DNA of 63,413 bases, counting the filler, from Octopus bimaculoides (Eukaryota): NCBI RefSeq assembly GCF_001194135.2. It is 6 parts of 5 records of this genome, joined end to end, with 100 filler letters (N's around TTAATTAATTAA, not from the genome) between each part and the next. Parts side by side here need not be neighbours in the genome. Positions count along the whole stretch, not along the records: positions 37,825 to 53,371 come from NC_068981.1; 5 more parts are not named here. One strand, written 5' to 3'. Below the pieces are notes generated by a model. The model was given only the letters and a program-made list of their open reading frames with translations, made no database searches and was not told where the DNA came from. The first letter of the stretch is position 1, and each line of letters opens with the position of its first letter. A program made the translations under genes and the position numbers. Of this stretch, positions 38,406-51,102 are shown one piece after another.

Positions 38406-39256
38406 CACTTCTTTCAAATTTTGACACAAGGTTAGCAATTTTAGTGAGTTAGGGTTAGTCGATTTTATCGACCCAGTATAGATGAAAGTCAAAGTTGATC
38501 TCGTGTGTATATAGTGGCAACATCAAATTATTACTATTATTATTATTATTATTACTATTATTATTATTAAGAAGAAGAAGAAATGTTTGTTGTTGATGAT
38601 TATGGTTACGACGACGACACGACGACGACGACACGACGACGATGGTGAATATGAAATGATGATTTTGATGATGATGAATATGATGATGATGATGATGATG
38701 ATGATGATTCAGGAAAAGGACTTTTGAGGTATCGGATGGGTGTATTCCTGAGAAAACACATGAATGACTGTTTAAGTAGATATAGGAAAGCATGTTTACA
38801 CAGATAAGTGGATCTATGCCTTTCCGGGAGGGGTACCAGGCAGCTTTGAGAAACATAATATTTTCAAAATGAGAAGTCAGTAAATAAAATCATATTTATA
38901 ATCTAAACCTCCCAACTCTCTTTTCAGTCGCCCTCTTGAAGTAGACTCATACCTATCATCCATCCCATTCTGCATCATAACTTTCCAAATATCCTATGAC
39001 TCACCAGGTTTCATGTGAAGGTGCGTGGCCTAGTGGTTGGATTGTTAGGCTAACTATCGTATGATTGTAGGTTTGATTACTGGATCGGGCGGTGGTTTGC
39101 GTTCTTGGGTAAGGAACTTAATTTCACGTTGCTCCACTCCACTCAGCTGAAAATTATCTGTCAGCTGTAGAGTAGTGTTTTATCGGTAGAAAATTTATGT
39201 TTTCGTACCTCTAAGAAATGTGTATTTCATAAATATTTTATTGAATTCATATTTTA

Positions 39257-40321
39257 TTAGGTTGGCAACTAAGTTCTCGCCGGTTTTTAAATTTAAATTT
39301 TTTAAAAGGTTTAATAAAAAATGACTAATTAATCAATAATGTATTCACCCTTGTTGTTTACAACTTCTTCCCAACGTTCAACAAGATTTTCAATACATCG
39401 TTGGTAGAAATCACCCGATTTCGACTCGTAAAATTGATCCAACCAAGCTCTCAATTTTGCATCAGTATTGAACGAAACTCCGCGCATAGCATTTGAAAGA
39501 GATTGAAACAGGTGGAAATCTGTTGGTGCCAAATCAGGAGAGTACGGCGGGTGTGGCAGCACTTCCCAGCCATGCGTTTGAATGGCTTTCTTGGTCATAT
39601 TGGCGATATGAGGGCGGGCGTTGTCGTGCAGCAGAAGGACTCCATGCTGCCAATTAGGTCTATTCTCTTGAATAGCCGTGTTGAATCGTTCCAACTGTTG
39701 AACATAGAGTTCCGCGTTGACCGTTTGGTTCCGTTCAAGCAATTCGTAATGGATAATCCCTTCCCAGTCCCACCATACGCACAACATCGTTTTACACGGA
39801 TGAAGATCTTGTTTCACGTGCAGTGTCGCTTGTTTACCGAGGCTAAGCCATTCCATACGCTGCTTCATATTGATGTACAGACATCATTTTCCGTCGCCGG
39901 TAACGATTCGGTAAAGAAATCGTTGCATGTGTCCATGAGATGAGCGTTGACGAGCAAGCAAACCAGCGGAGATTGTGGCTCGTTGATTTTTGTTGTTGTC
40001 ACTTAAAACATGCGGAAGCCATGCTCCATACTTCTGAACNNNNNNNNNNAAATGTCGCATGCAGTTTTTGCGGTCTTAGAACCTTGATTAAAAGCAAAAA
40101 AAAGGAGGTATCGAAAACGCTCGTTTTTTTTTTAAACTTGACATTCCATTTTAATGATATGAAAATAAACAAAAATTAACTAAAATCAACCAGAAAAAAA
40201 AACTAAATAGATTCCAAAATGATTCGAAAATAGAATACTCGAAAAAAATAGATTCCAAAATTTAAAAACGCAATAAATTCCAAAATTTTAAAAAATGGCG
40301 GGAACTTAGTTGCCAACCTAA
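39257..40321 (-). mobile_element. mariner (DD34D) transposon with both TIRs, internally deleted
   Basis: TIR TTAGGTTGGCAACTAAGTTC at both ends with TA flanks (39255-56, 40322-23). Transposase motifs IVTGDGK*, CVWWD, HDNARPH, YSPDLAPTDFHLF. The HTH region is missing or lies in the gap. Confidence 0.95.
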
Positions 40322-41699
40322 TATTTGCCAGGAACTCTATTAGATGTCAACGGTCTTTGATCGCTACAGTACACTGCATAATAATGAGATGATAATGACA
40401 CAGGCTTCAAGCCAACAAGGGACTCTCTACTCTAGAAATAACAGACAAAACATTTTATTTATCAGAAACTCTGCTAGATGTCTGCGGCCCCTGATCGCTA
40501 CGGTACACTGGATGACGATGACAACGATGATGACGACGTCGAGGATGATGATGATGATGATGATGATGAAACAGATTGCAAGCCAACTCTACTCTAGAAA
40601 TAAAAACCAAAACATAGTCTTAAAAATGCGAAAGAACACATTAAATAAAAAATTAAGTACTCCTAAAAACGCCCGCATGATCATGGCAGGAATACTTTTG
40701 AAAATAGGTCAGTTGGGTCAAGATTTACTTGGAGCTGAACAACAACACCAACATCTAACTGGAGTTCAGACAATATAGTAGGCACTAAGTTATACTCACT
40801 GAATTGAGTAAGTGATTAAGCATGAATAAAGGCAAAGTCGAACATAATAGGGTATACGACCTTCAAAATTTTTATGTTTCTATCAATAATTGGGCTGCAA
40901 ATTGTTGTGGGTATGTTTTGCCAGGACTGTCTTCTGGCTAAACGAGGTCGATCTAATGATAAAATAGGAATTAGGAAAGCATTAACTTGGCCGTCATAGA
41001 CCTCGTGAAAATAGATGTGAACACAAATATCACTAGAACAAACTAAATAACCTATTCAACGGCCACAAAAATGTGTGTATTTTCTCAAAATTATTTATTT
41101 AAAAGCATCTTAAGCCATGCAAACAGCGTGGAAAACAAATACTCACAGAATGATGGAAATTAAAAGATTTCTCTGTCCTTAATGAAATCATCCAACGAAA
41201 AGACACAAATAAAAAATAGAAAGGTAAACACTACAAAAATATGAAAAAACAAAACAACCTTCCCCTAAAACTACAGAAATATGAAATAATAAACAAAAAT
41301 GTAGAAGTTCGAAAATGAAAGAACACATAGTTAACGGAAACCTTGCTATCTTACAAAGAATACAACTTTATGTAAAGCGACAGCGATCCTTTAAACAAAA
41401 AAGCAGAAGTATGATAACTATAAGGAGTAGTATGGACAGCAACTAGACAAAAATTAATCAAAATTAAACCAGTCGTGATCATCTTACCTGATTTTCAGAT
41501 ATAGCGTGTCTATGACTATACAATCTAATGTACCTTTCTATGGTGTAATATGTGGGAAGTTTGACTTCTGTTTTTAGCAAGGCGAACGGCCACGTAAAGG
41601 TTCTTTCATTGAAGACTGATACCGTTGATTCGAAAGGATTTTTTTTATATTGTGTACTTATAGAAACGTATGTAAGTATGTATTTCATTATTCAGTCTT

Positions 41700-42300
41700 A
41701 TTTCAAGATTTCTAGCCAACAGAGAAAGAGCCGGCTTCTAACCTAGATCCAAGGCTCCTTCATTGGAATATCAACATCAACAGGGTATGTATGTATGTAT
41801 GTATGTATGTATATTTGCAGATTTGTATGTTTTATTTTTTGTATGTCTTCTCATGCATATACTTGCATATCTAGACATGCTCATACACACTTAAATGATA
41901 AATTTCTGGAAAATTTTATAGAATTTTACAGTTCCAGTGAGAGTTTGAACCTGTAGTCATTCTCCTTTCTGGTTTCTCCTTTTTGCTTTCTCCTTTCTGG
42001 TTTTCTCCTTTCTGGCTTTGAGAAGCCTAATTTCTCATGATTGGTATTTAAACAGTGTGTTACATATCCCAGTGCCCCAATAGTTATAGGTATAAACCTG
42101 AACTTGTAATCTGGATAGAATAACTGAAGATTTCTCAATAGTTCAACATATTTTTCACTGATCTCCACCTTAATTCTAGCATTCGCTGGGCAATTGATTT
42201 CCGCTGGGCAACTGATTTCCACAACTGTACACAGTTTCTCTTCATTATCTCAAATCATTATATCAGGCCTACTGTGTTTACATTTTATTGAGGTTTTCAC
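41700..42300 (-). mobile_element. 3' end of a REL-type LINE (same family as 60415-61295)
   Basis: ORF 41926-42222 reads MEISCP...FIPITIGALGYVTHCL...LGFSKPERRK. The 3'UTR at 41700-41780 is the reverse complement of about 61190-61280. Confidence 0.85.
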
Positions 42301-42393
42301 TGGAACATTACACCAGTACTCTTTTTTATCATGAGTGGCTATGGCTCCTACAATACTGTGGGTTCTTATTTCTTATGTATGTATGTATGTATG

Positions 42394-42730
42394 TGCAAAG
42401 TCTGTGACAGACCATGTCTGTCTTTGGCTGGCCTCAAATCTCACCTGCGAACCCATGGAAAACAAACTTCAACCAGCTATTCTGATTATATGTCTGTGCA
42501 TACGTTTGAATGTGGTGTGTGCCAGAGGGCTTGCAAATCCAATGGGGGTCTTAAAAGACATGTTAGGATCCACAATGAGCAGAACTTACCTGCAGGTATT
42601 GGTAGTGCAAATCAGAGGTGCAATCTGTGTGGGTGTTTTTTCAAAACATTGTCTGGTTTAAAAAGCCACATCAGACACCATGAAAGGGCTAAGGTGTAGG
42701 TGCAGGAGGTGGTCAAACTCTGTGTAAGGN
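42394..42730 (+). mobile_element. Three C2H2 zinc fingers, probably the 3' end of an RTE-type LINE ORF2
   Basis: Three exact C-x2-C-x12-H-x3-H fingers with long non-TGEKP linkers, stop at 42699. Starts abruptly in a (TATG)n run. RTE assignment is inferred from recall of octopus RTE elements with C-terminal C2H2 fingers. Confidence 0.6.
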
Positions 42731-43244
42731 NNNNNNNNNNNNNNNNNNNNNNNNNNNNNNNNNNNNNNNNNNNNNNNNNNNNNNNNNNNNNNNNNNNNNN
42801 NNNNNNNNNNNNNNNNNNNNNNNNNNNNNNNNNNNNNNNNNNNNNNNNNNNNNNNNNNNNNNNNNNNNNNNNNNNNNNNNNNNNNNNNNNNNNNNNNNNN
42901 NNNNNNNNNNNNNNNNNNNNNNNNNNNNNNNNNNNNNNNNNNNNNNNNNNNNNNNNNNNNNNNNNNNNNNNNNNNNNNNNNNNNNNNNNNNNNNNNNNNN
43001 NNNNNNNNNNNNNNNNNNNNNNNNNNNNNNNNNNNNNNNNNNNNNNNNNNNNNNNNNNNNNNNNNNNNNNNNNNNNNNNNNNNNNNNNNNNNNNNNNNNN
43101 NNNNNNNNNNNNNNNNNNNNNNNNNNNNNNNNNNNNNNNNNNNNNNNNNNNNNNNNNNNNNNNNNNNNNNNNNNNNNNNNNNNNNNNNNNNNNNNNNNNN
43201 NNNNNNNNNNNNTTTATTTGCTTTTTCCATTTTAAATTTGCTTT

Positions 43245-43281
43245 AACCCCAACCCTAACCCTAACCCTAGGGTTAGGGTTA
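43245..43281. repeat. Head-to-head telomere-like repeats (CCCTAA)n-(TTAGGG)n palindrome
   Basis: AACCCTAACCCTAACCCTAGGGTTAGGGTT. Confidence 0.75.
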
Positions 43282-44167
43282 ATTGTTTCAGAATCATTTC
43301 TTTATGTAGTCAGCACTTAATGTATATCGGCTGAATGGACGTCAGTGATTGGTTGAAATTACAGAAATACGACAACTTTAACATGGAATAACTTATGGAT
43401 TTCTTCTTTTTTTTAAGAAGACTAAGAGAAAAAGATGTTTTATATGACACATTCTACCAGTGTTCCAAGTTTCAAAGTGTTTCGTTAATGAAAAATGTGG
43501 CCCCCGTTTTAAAAAAGATCCCACTCGAGAATGTAACGCACCGCCGGTCTGAGAATCGAAACAATGATTTAGCAATCGTGAGTGCAACACTCTGTCCACT
43601 AGACCACACACCTTCACCCCCCCTACATATAGTACACTTTAAAATGTGCGTCGTAAGTTTTGGGCATGTAGATAAGTTCTACACGCATATACTTATACAT
43701 ACAGCCACACATATATGCACATACACATATAGAGACATACACTGAAAAAAAAAAGAAGAAAAATGGACGCGTATATAGACAGACAGACACACACATGTTT
43801 GTTGTGGGTGGGAATCTGAATGACTTGTTTGAAAGACTTTTAATTAAAATCGCAAGTGTTTAAAGTTTAAAGTTTCTTATTTATTTTTGTTTGTAAGATT
43901 CCCAACTGACTTACTGAAGTAAGAGCTCAAATTGTTCTCTGTCCCATATTTCATGTAGTACAGTTTTAAACACGTTGTTTAGTACAGCACGGACGATGCT
44001 ATGGCCGAATAGTTGAAAAGTTCGTTTCACACCTAAGAGGTACTAGGTTCAATACCAGCGTGTGATATTTTAGCAAGTGTCTCTTTTGTCATGTANNNNN
44101 NNNNNNNNNNNNNNNNNNNNNNNNNNNNNNNNNNNNNNNNNNNNNNNNNNNNNNNNNNNNNNNNNNN

Positions 44168-44221
<54 letters not shown>

Positions 44222-46043
44222 TACGAGCTTCTTTCGGTTTCCGGCAATCAAATCCAAGGCTTTGGCTGGCCCGAAGCTATAGTAGAAAACACTTGCCAAA
44301 GCTGCCAAGCCGTGGAACTGAACCTAGGCCCATGTGGTTGCGAAGCAAACTTCTTATGTAGCCACGTCTGCGCCTTCATCGATCCAAGCATTGTGAGTAA
44401 AACTGCATAGACATGACAGAAATTGTATGGAAATTCGTCGCATGCATTGCATCCATAATTCAAAGGAACAGCGTGGTTACACTCCCTCAGGTCGAGTCTT
44501 CTTGAGAATTGTGCAATACTCGGGTGGTAATACGTCAATTTATTAAGTAGGCAGTTCTGTTGAACGAACTGCAACTGCAGCATTCATCGCTTACGTCGAC
44601 GGAGACCAATTTGTATTGAAGAGTGTTTTTGCTGTCACTAATAATCTGTTTATTTCCTCAGTATAGGCTTACACACGCGCGCGCTCACACACACATATGT
44701 ATGTCATTAGACTCACTAAAAAAATGACTACAACTTTAAAGAGTATTTCATTTTGGGTGGATCATACCGCCAATAAAAGTACACGTTGATTATATTTCGC
44801 TTCAGTTTCATTACCAATTGATCAATGGATTATTTGATTTGTCTTTCAAGATCCTTTCATCACCGATTCTGATATTATTGATAACTATGTCTCCCCTAAA
44901 AAAATATCCTACTCCTCGACACTCGTAAGATTTTTACCGCTCTTTTTAGTTAATAATATACTTACAAAATTATATGTAAGCTCCTCTAGAACTCTTCAGC
45001 AGCAACAAATTAATTTAATGTCATTTTATAAACTAGTGGCTCAAATATTATATCACTTTTAAGCAACAAAATTCTCATTTACATTTTAGCTAGCTGTCAG
45101 TCAAAGAAAGTTGACAGTTATTTTTTTAAATAGTTAAACAAAAACATAAAAAAAAACTTCCTGTAACTCTTTCCTTCTCATTTTTCAAAAGGGAAATATT
45201 TTGTTGACATAGTAATTTTGGCTTTGGTTGTTGGTTACTTCTATATATTTTATTTCCTTTAATATTATTGAAACACATGTATGCAGTTCAGTATAACTTA
45301 ATCCAGACTTTTCAAAAGACGTAGTGAAGCATTTTCTCAATTTTAAGTGTACACACGCAACGCGCGCGCGGAGACGCACACATATATACATACACACACA
45401 CACACACACACACGTGTGTGTGTGTGTGTGTGTGAGTATAGTGGTGGTGATGGTGATGATGATGACACGCTTGCGAGTAAGGGCTATGCAACTGATATAT
45501 ATATATATATATATGGCACATTAGGCAAGTGTTTTCTGCTATAACTTTGGGCCAAACTTGCGAATGAATTTGGTAGACGGAAACTGAAAGAAGATTGCTG
45601 TATATGTATGTATTTAAGGGTAGGTGTGTGTGTGTATGTGTATGTGTGTGTGTATGCTCATATTTGTATTGTGTTTGTTTGTCTCTCACCAGCGCATGAC
45701 AAACCGGCGTTGGTTTGTTTACTCTGACGTAAATTAGAGGTTCGGCAAGAGTAGCCGATAAAATGAGTACCAGAATTGAGAAAAATAAATACGGGGCGGG
45801 AGGTGTTGATTAAAACCCTCTAGCATGGCTGTCGTCCAATGACTGAATGAAGTAAAATATAGGCACACACACACACACATCTAGTTTTGGAATAGTGGTT
45901 CTTTAATATCACATACGATGGCTGCATATAGGATTCGAACCCATATGTGCTGTAGACATGACAGGCGTTTTAGCGTTGGACCAAAGCATTTAGAAACTTT
46001 ATTTTCAGAAATTGTATTCTTACTAACGAGAATTACATGTTGT

Positions 46044-46067
46044 TGACGTCAGAAGGCTGTGACGTCA
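46044..46067. promoter_or_regulatory. Paired CRE/ATF palindromes
   Basis: TGACGTCA at 46044-46051 and 46060-46067. Confidence 0.35.
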
Positions 46068-46073
46068 AAAGTA

Positions 46074-46124
<51 letters not shown>

Positions 46125-46319
46125 ATTTAAGATTAAAATTAAAATTTGCGTGTTGGGTATGTCCTTAGTAGTATGCCGACAAAGCACGTTCACTGCCTAT
46201 GGCTACCTGGTGTCATCCACGGTAATTGCATAGTCGTCGCTGGATCTACGTTAGGAATTCCTCGGTACACGTTGAGTATAACAGAAACAATGGATGCGGA
46301 AGACAGAGTATACTGAAAA

Positions 46320-46375
46320 CTTTATTTATCACAACGATCGTTTCGACACATCCTGCATCACTCCCTTGTCGGTGG
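46320..46375 (-). ncRNA. Degenerate Penelope-type hammerhead remnant with downstream poly(A) signal
   Basis: Minus strand CAC-CGACAAG...GAAAC-GATC-GTT-GTG-ATAAATAAA. A similar decayed motif (CCGACGA...GAAACGCG) lies on the minus strand at 37029-37070. Confidence 0.35.
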
Positions 46376-46623
46376 GAAACTATACAATGAGTTACAGTGC
46401 ACCCCACAATGTTTCGCTCTTAAAATTAACTAGAGCATGTTCATGGTAGTGATATCTAACATATATATCTATACAAAATAGATATATATCTATGCATCCA
46501 TCCATACATACAAACATGCATACACACACATACAAATATATATACATACATATGTATATATCCATGTATATACATACTTACACGCACACACACACATATA
46601 ATATATGTGTGTGTGTATGTATG

Positions 46624-46654
<31 letters not shown>

Positions 46655-46899
46655 GTATGTATATGTAACGAACATTTTTTAGAAAAAATAAATAACTAAA
46701 TGAGTGGAAATCAAACCGGTGAGTGTGTTAAATAATAAGGTGCTAAAAGAGAATGACTCTCCCCAGACACAATAATATATATNNNNNNNNNNNNNNNNNN
46801 NNNNNNNNNNNNNNNNNNNATATATATACAATTTCGGCAGTTGCACAACCTGGTAGAATCTATTTATTCATAGTCCATTCAGTTAAGGAGTTGTTATTC

Positions 46900-47566
46900 A
46901 CTGAGATGTATCCTGGTATAAGAGGTTTGTTTGGTATCTCTTGAAGAAATTTGTCCAGATAACTTTTGAAGGTTATGGAGCATTCTCGTTTTTTTTTTTT
47001 TTTTTCAGCATAATATTAAAAATAGCCGAGCCTGTTGAGGCAAAATACTTGTGACTGTGTGGCAATGTATTTACGGATGAGTTCTGAGCTTGATTTGTGT
47101 CGTCCCAGCTGTGGATGAATTGTAAACTAATGTCATTTGGACAATGCTGATGGTATATTCTCCACACTGCCGTTGATGTAGCATTCATTTGGCATTGAAA
47201 AGAATAAAGTTTTAGTGTTTTGTAGGTAATTCTAATAACCAAGACCTGTCATGCCATTTTGTTTTCTGTCGTTACTCTCTGGAGTGCTTCAATTCTCAAG
47301 TCTCTTTTGGAGTGTGGAGACCAGAGCGGAGGGGGGGGGGGCAACAATATTCAGCTTGTGACTGCAAAAATGAAAAAAGCGTAAAAAGAATCTGGCTTTC
47401 TCGACCGGAATATTCTGAAGATCCAGGAGCTCATCTTGCAAGTATTATCAACTTTATTGTTGATGTGAGCGCTCCAGCTGAGTTTGTTGTCAACAATTAC
47501 TCCTAAGTTTCTGATATTGTTGGATGTCCTGAGTGGTTCTCCTGAAGCAAGAGAGTAAAGTTGTTT
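46900..47566 (-). mobile_element. CR1/Jockey-type LINE RT C-terminal fragment
   Basis: NIRNLGVIVDNKLSWSAHINNKVDNTCKMSSWIFRIF, followed by IEALQR and TLKLYSFQ remnants typical of post-RT regions. Confidence 0.7.
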
Positions 47567-47689
47567 GAGCACATACATACATACATACATACATACATAC
47601 ATACATACATACATACATACATTCATAGGATTATGGTGTCTACCGTGCACCAACAACCGGCTCACTGACTTTCACTTCGATGGGTATTC

Positions 47690-48290
47690 GTTTGTAATCC
47701 AGGAACAGAATATTGCAATCAAGTTCCTGAAGCACAAGAGGACCAGAGATGTAGACAAAGAACCAAAATGTGATAATCGACGCAGACATGGCGGAATGAC
47801 CCACATTTTAAGCAGTTGTTCGAAAATATATTCACGTTATTATCAACCGATAAGACATGATATTGTGCTCGAAACACCACAATGGTATCCGTCGGAAGGA
47901 TAATCCTGAAACCAAAGATATAAGAAGCTACAGTGTTGTAGAAACCAAAACCACTCAGAATATGACTGTATTGGTAGAATGTCCCAGTAAAATCCTCAAT
48001 AAAATTCAAACATAGTAGACCAGACATAATGATTTCGGCCAAAGAAGAGAACCTATGTACAGTCGTGGTAATCAGTTGTCCAGAGGTAGTCAACATACAG
48101 CTAAAGATTAGTGATAAAGAGAACACCTACTCTGAACTATTGAGAAATTTACAGCTACTTCACCGGGATTGCAAGTTCAGATTAATGGGGCGCTAGGATA
48201 TGCAACAAACTGCTTCAGTACCAATCCTGAGAGATCAGTGTTCTCAAAACCAAAAAGGAGAAAGTTAATGAGAATTTTACAGATATAAGT
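47690..48290 (+). mobile_element. Decayed REL-type LINE C-terminal fragment
   Basis: FVIQEQNI...THILSSCSKIYSRYYQPIRHDIV, followed by endonuclease and MGALG-like remnants. Confidence 0.75.
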
Positions 48291-49889
48291 CATCAATGGA
48301 ACTGTCAAAATATTGTAAAACTTTCTAAAAGTGTAGGATATAAGAACGTGTGCATATGGTTAGACGTGCAACTATATTTATGAGTATACACACATAAAAC
48401 AAGGCATACATACCTGCACATGTACTTGTGTCAAATACCTACACACATACACACAACTATGCAGAACTTCTCGGTTAATGTTGCTGAAATTTCAATGAAT
48501 GAATTTTGAATCTCAGTTTCAAAACGGATTTTTCTCCTTTGGCAAGGAATCTAGAAATAAAACTTAATAATAACGTACATCGTGAATTTTAGTGGAACAT
48601 TCCCATTAAAATTTCTGTTAAGTGCAAACATAAGAAGCTTGCTATTGTAGTTTGGAATAGAAAAGAAAGATCATGCATAGTCATAGAGGTCAGCTACCCG
48701 ATAAATCTTTTATCTTTTACTTGTTTCAGTCATGAGACTGAGGCCATGCTGGGGCATCATCTTGAAGATTTTTTGTCGAACGAATCGATCCCAGTACTTG
48801 ATATTTTTAAAGCATAGTACTTATTCTATCGGCGTCTTTTGTCGAACCATTATGTTACGGGGCCGCAAACAAACCAACACCGGCTTTCAAGCGGCGATGG
48901 GGAAAATACAGGCACAAAGACAAACAGGCATGTACACATGCACACATGCATACACAAACACACACACACACACATACATACACACGTGATGGCCATCTGT
49001 CAGTTTCCGTCAACCAAATTCACTCACAGGGCTTTGATCACTAGGTGTTATGCAGTAGGACTGCATGGCACCTTCGGCAAGTCTCTATACATATACTTAT
49101 TCTTTTATTCTTTTATACGTTTCAGCCCAAAGACTGTGGCCATATTGGACACAAACATACAAAAGAACAAACTCACTCCAACTGCATTCCATATTTAATT
49201 TATTTTAATCAATTAAAATTTTCCACTTTCTCTTGCCCAACGTATCTTCGTATTTTATTTCTTTCAGAATTAGCTATTATTAATTATTCTCACGAGTAAA
49301 AAATTGTCTGGTCTGATTTTAATTTATAGAAAGAAAAAAAAAAAAAACCTGGTTTACTACATCAAATGTACATACACCCACTTTACCATCAAGTTTTTAG
49401 GCAGAAGGCGTCCATGGGTATTTTTTTTTTTATCCCAGTGATTGTCATGCATACATCCTCGTATGCATATGTACAAATACACGAAATCTCATTTTACATG
49501 TATAGATGAAGCTCACAAACGATCCTAATCTAATAGTCTGACACTAGTAATTTTAAACGAAACTATGAAACCCTTTTCCAGTGCATCACTAACAACATGT
49601 AAATGAAATAAAATATATTTAAAAAACCCAGCGTTAAAGGTCGTTCTATAATTTGACTCAAATTTCAGACAGATTTATAATTTTGTTGATATATATGTCT
49701 ATTAGTACTTTGCTATAAGTATTTCTATATGTGTCCTTGAATGTGTCTGTCAGAGTATGTGTCGACATAACTGGAAGTATACATCTATTCAAAGAAATCA
49801 TTTGACTTAGTCACTTTTTCCCATCTTTAATCTCTCTCCCCCCCTCTCTCTCTCTCTTTATCCGTTCTCATTTCCCTCTTATTATTTCT

Positions 49890-50182
49890 CTTTGTTTGTT
49901 TGTTTGTTTGTTTCTTTTCTTTTCTCTTTTTCTTTCTTTCTTTCTTTCTTTCTTCCTTTGTTTGTTTGTTTGTTTCTTTCTTTCTTTCTTCCTTTGTTTG
50001 TTTGTTTGTTTCTTTGTTTCTTTGTTTCTTTGTTTCTTTCTTTCTTTCTCCTCCCTCTCCATTTCTTTCTCATCATCATCATCATCGTCGTCATCGTCGT
50101 CGTCGTTGTCTTCTTCTTCTTCTTCTTCTTCTTCTTCTTCTTCTTCTTCTTCTTCTTCTTCTTCTTCTTCTTCTTCTTCTTC
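49890..50182. repeat. Compound (TTTG)n/(TTTC)n/(TCA)n/(TCT)n microsatellite
   Basis: Direct observation. Confidence 0.95.
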
Positions 50183-50838
50183 TATTTTCGTTCTCCCCGT
50201 GCCAAAGCGTCTATTTCATNNNNNNNNNNNNNNNNNNNNNNNNNNNNNNNNNNNNNNNNNNNNNNNNNNNNNNNNNNNNNNNNNNNNNNNNNNNNNNNNN
50301 NNNNNNNNNNNNNNNNNNNNNNNNNNNNNNNNNNNNNNNNNNNNNNNNNNNNNNNNNNNNNNNNNNNNNNNNNNNNNNNNNNNNNNNNNNNNNNNNNNNN
50401 NNNNNNNNNNNNNNNNNNNNNNNNNNNNNNNNNNNNNNNNNNNNNNNNNNNNNNNNNNNNNNNNNNNNNNNNNNNNNNNNNNNNNNNNNNNNNNNNNNNN
50501 NNNNNNNNNNNNNNNNNNNNNNNNNNNNNNNNNNNNNNNNNNNNNNNNNNNNNNNNNNNNNNNNNNNNNNNNNNNNNNNNNNNNNNNNNNNNNNNNNNNN
50601 NNNNNNNNNNNNNNNNNNNNNNNNNNNNNNNNNNNNNNNNNNNNNNNNNNNNNNNNNNNNNNNNNNNNNNNNNNNNNNNNNNNNNNNNNNNNNNNNNNNN
50701 NNNNNNNNNNNNNNNNNNNNNNNNNNNNNNNNNNNNNNNNNNNNNNNNNNNNNNNNNNNNNNNNNNNNNNTACAATAAAGTGCATAATTTATAATTTAAT
50801 TACTACATATATAATACATATATATTATATATGATATA

Positions 50839-50883
<45 letters not shown>

Positions 50884-50886
50884 ATA

Positions 50887-51102
50887 CGAGGGAGTGCTAA
50901 AAAGTTCCTGGCTTTAAGGGTATCGCGAAAAGCCTGATTGGAAGCCCAACCTTCCGATTTCTTTTATAGGACTTAGAAAAACTGAAGGACCTCTGCAATA
51001 AGTGTGTGAATGTGAGAGGGGAATGTGTTGAATACTGTCATAATTAATTAGTCCTCTTGTATTTTCTTTACCCATTGCCAGGAACTTGTCAGTACCCTCT
51101 CG
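50887..51102 (+). mobile_element. mariner-derived MITE
   Basis: Imperfect TIRs CGAGGGAGTGCTAAAAAGTTCCTGGC / GCCAGGAACTTGTCAGTACCCTCTCG with TA flanks. Internal KLKDLCNKCVNVRGECVE* resembles a mariner C-terminus. Confidence 0.8.

Noticed and set aside
39503-39943. 146-aa plus-strand ORF
   Set aside because: Antisense shadow of the mariner transposase.
45910-45990. tRNA gene (B-box GGTTCGAATCC on the minus strand)
   Set aside because: No complete cloverleaf; better explained as a decayed SINE head or tRNA pseudogene.
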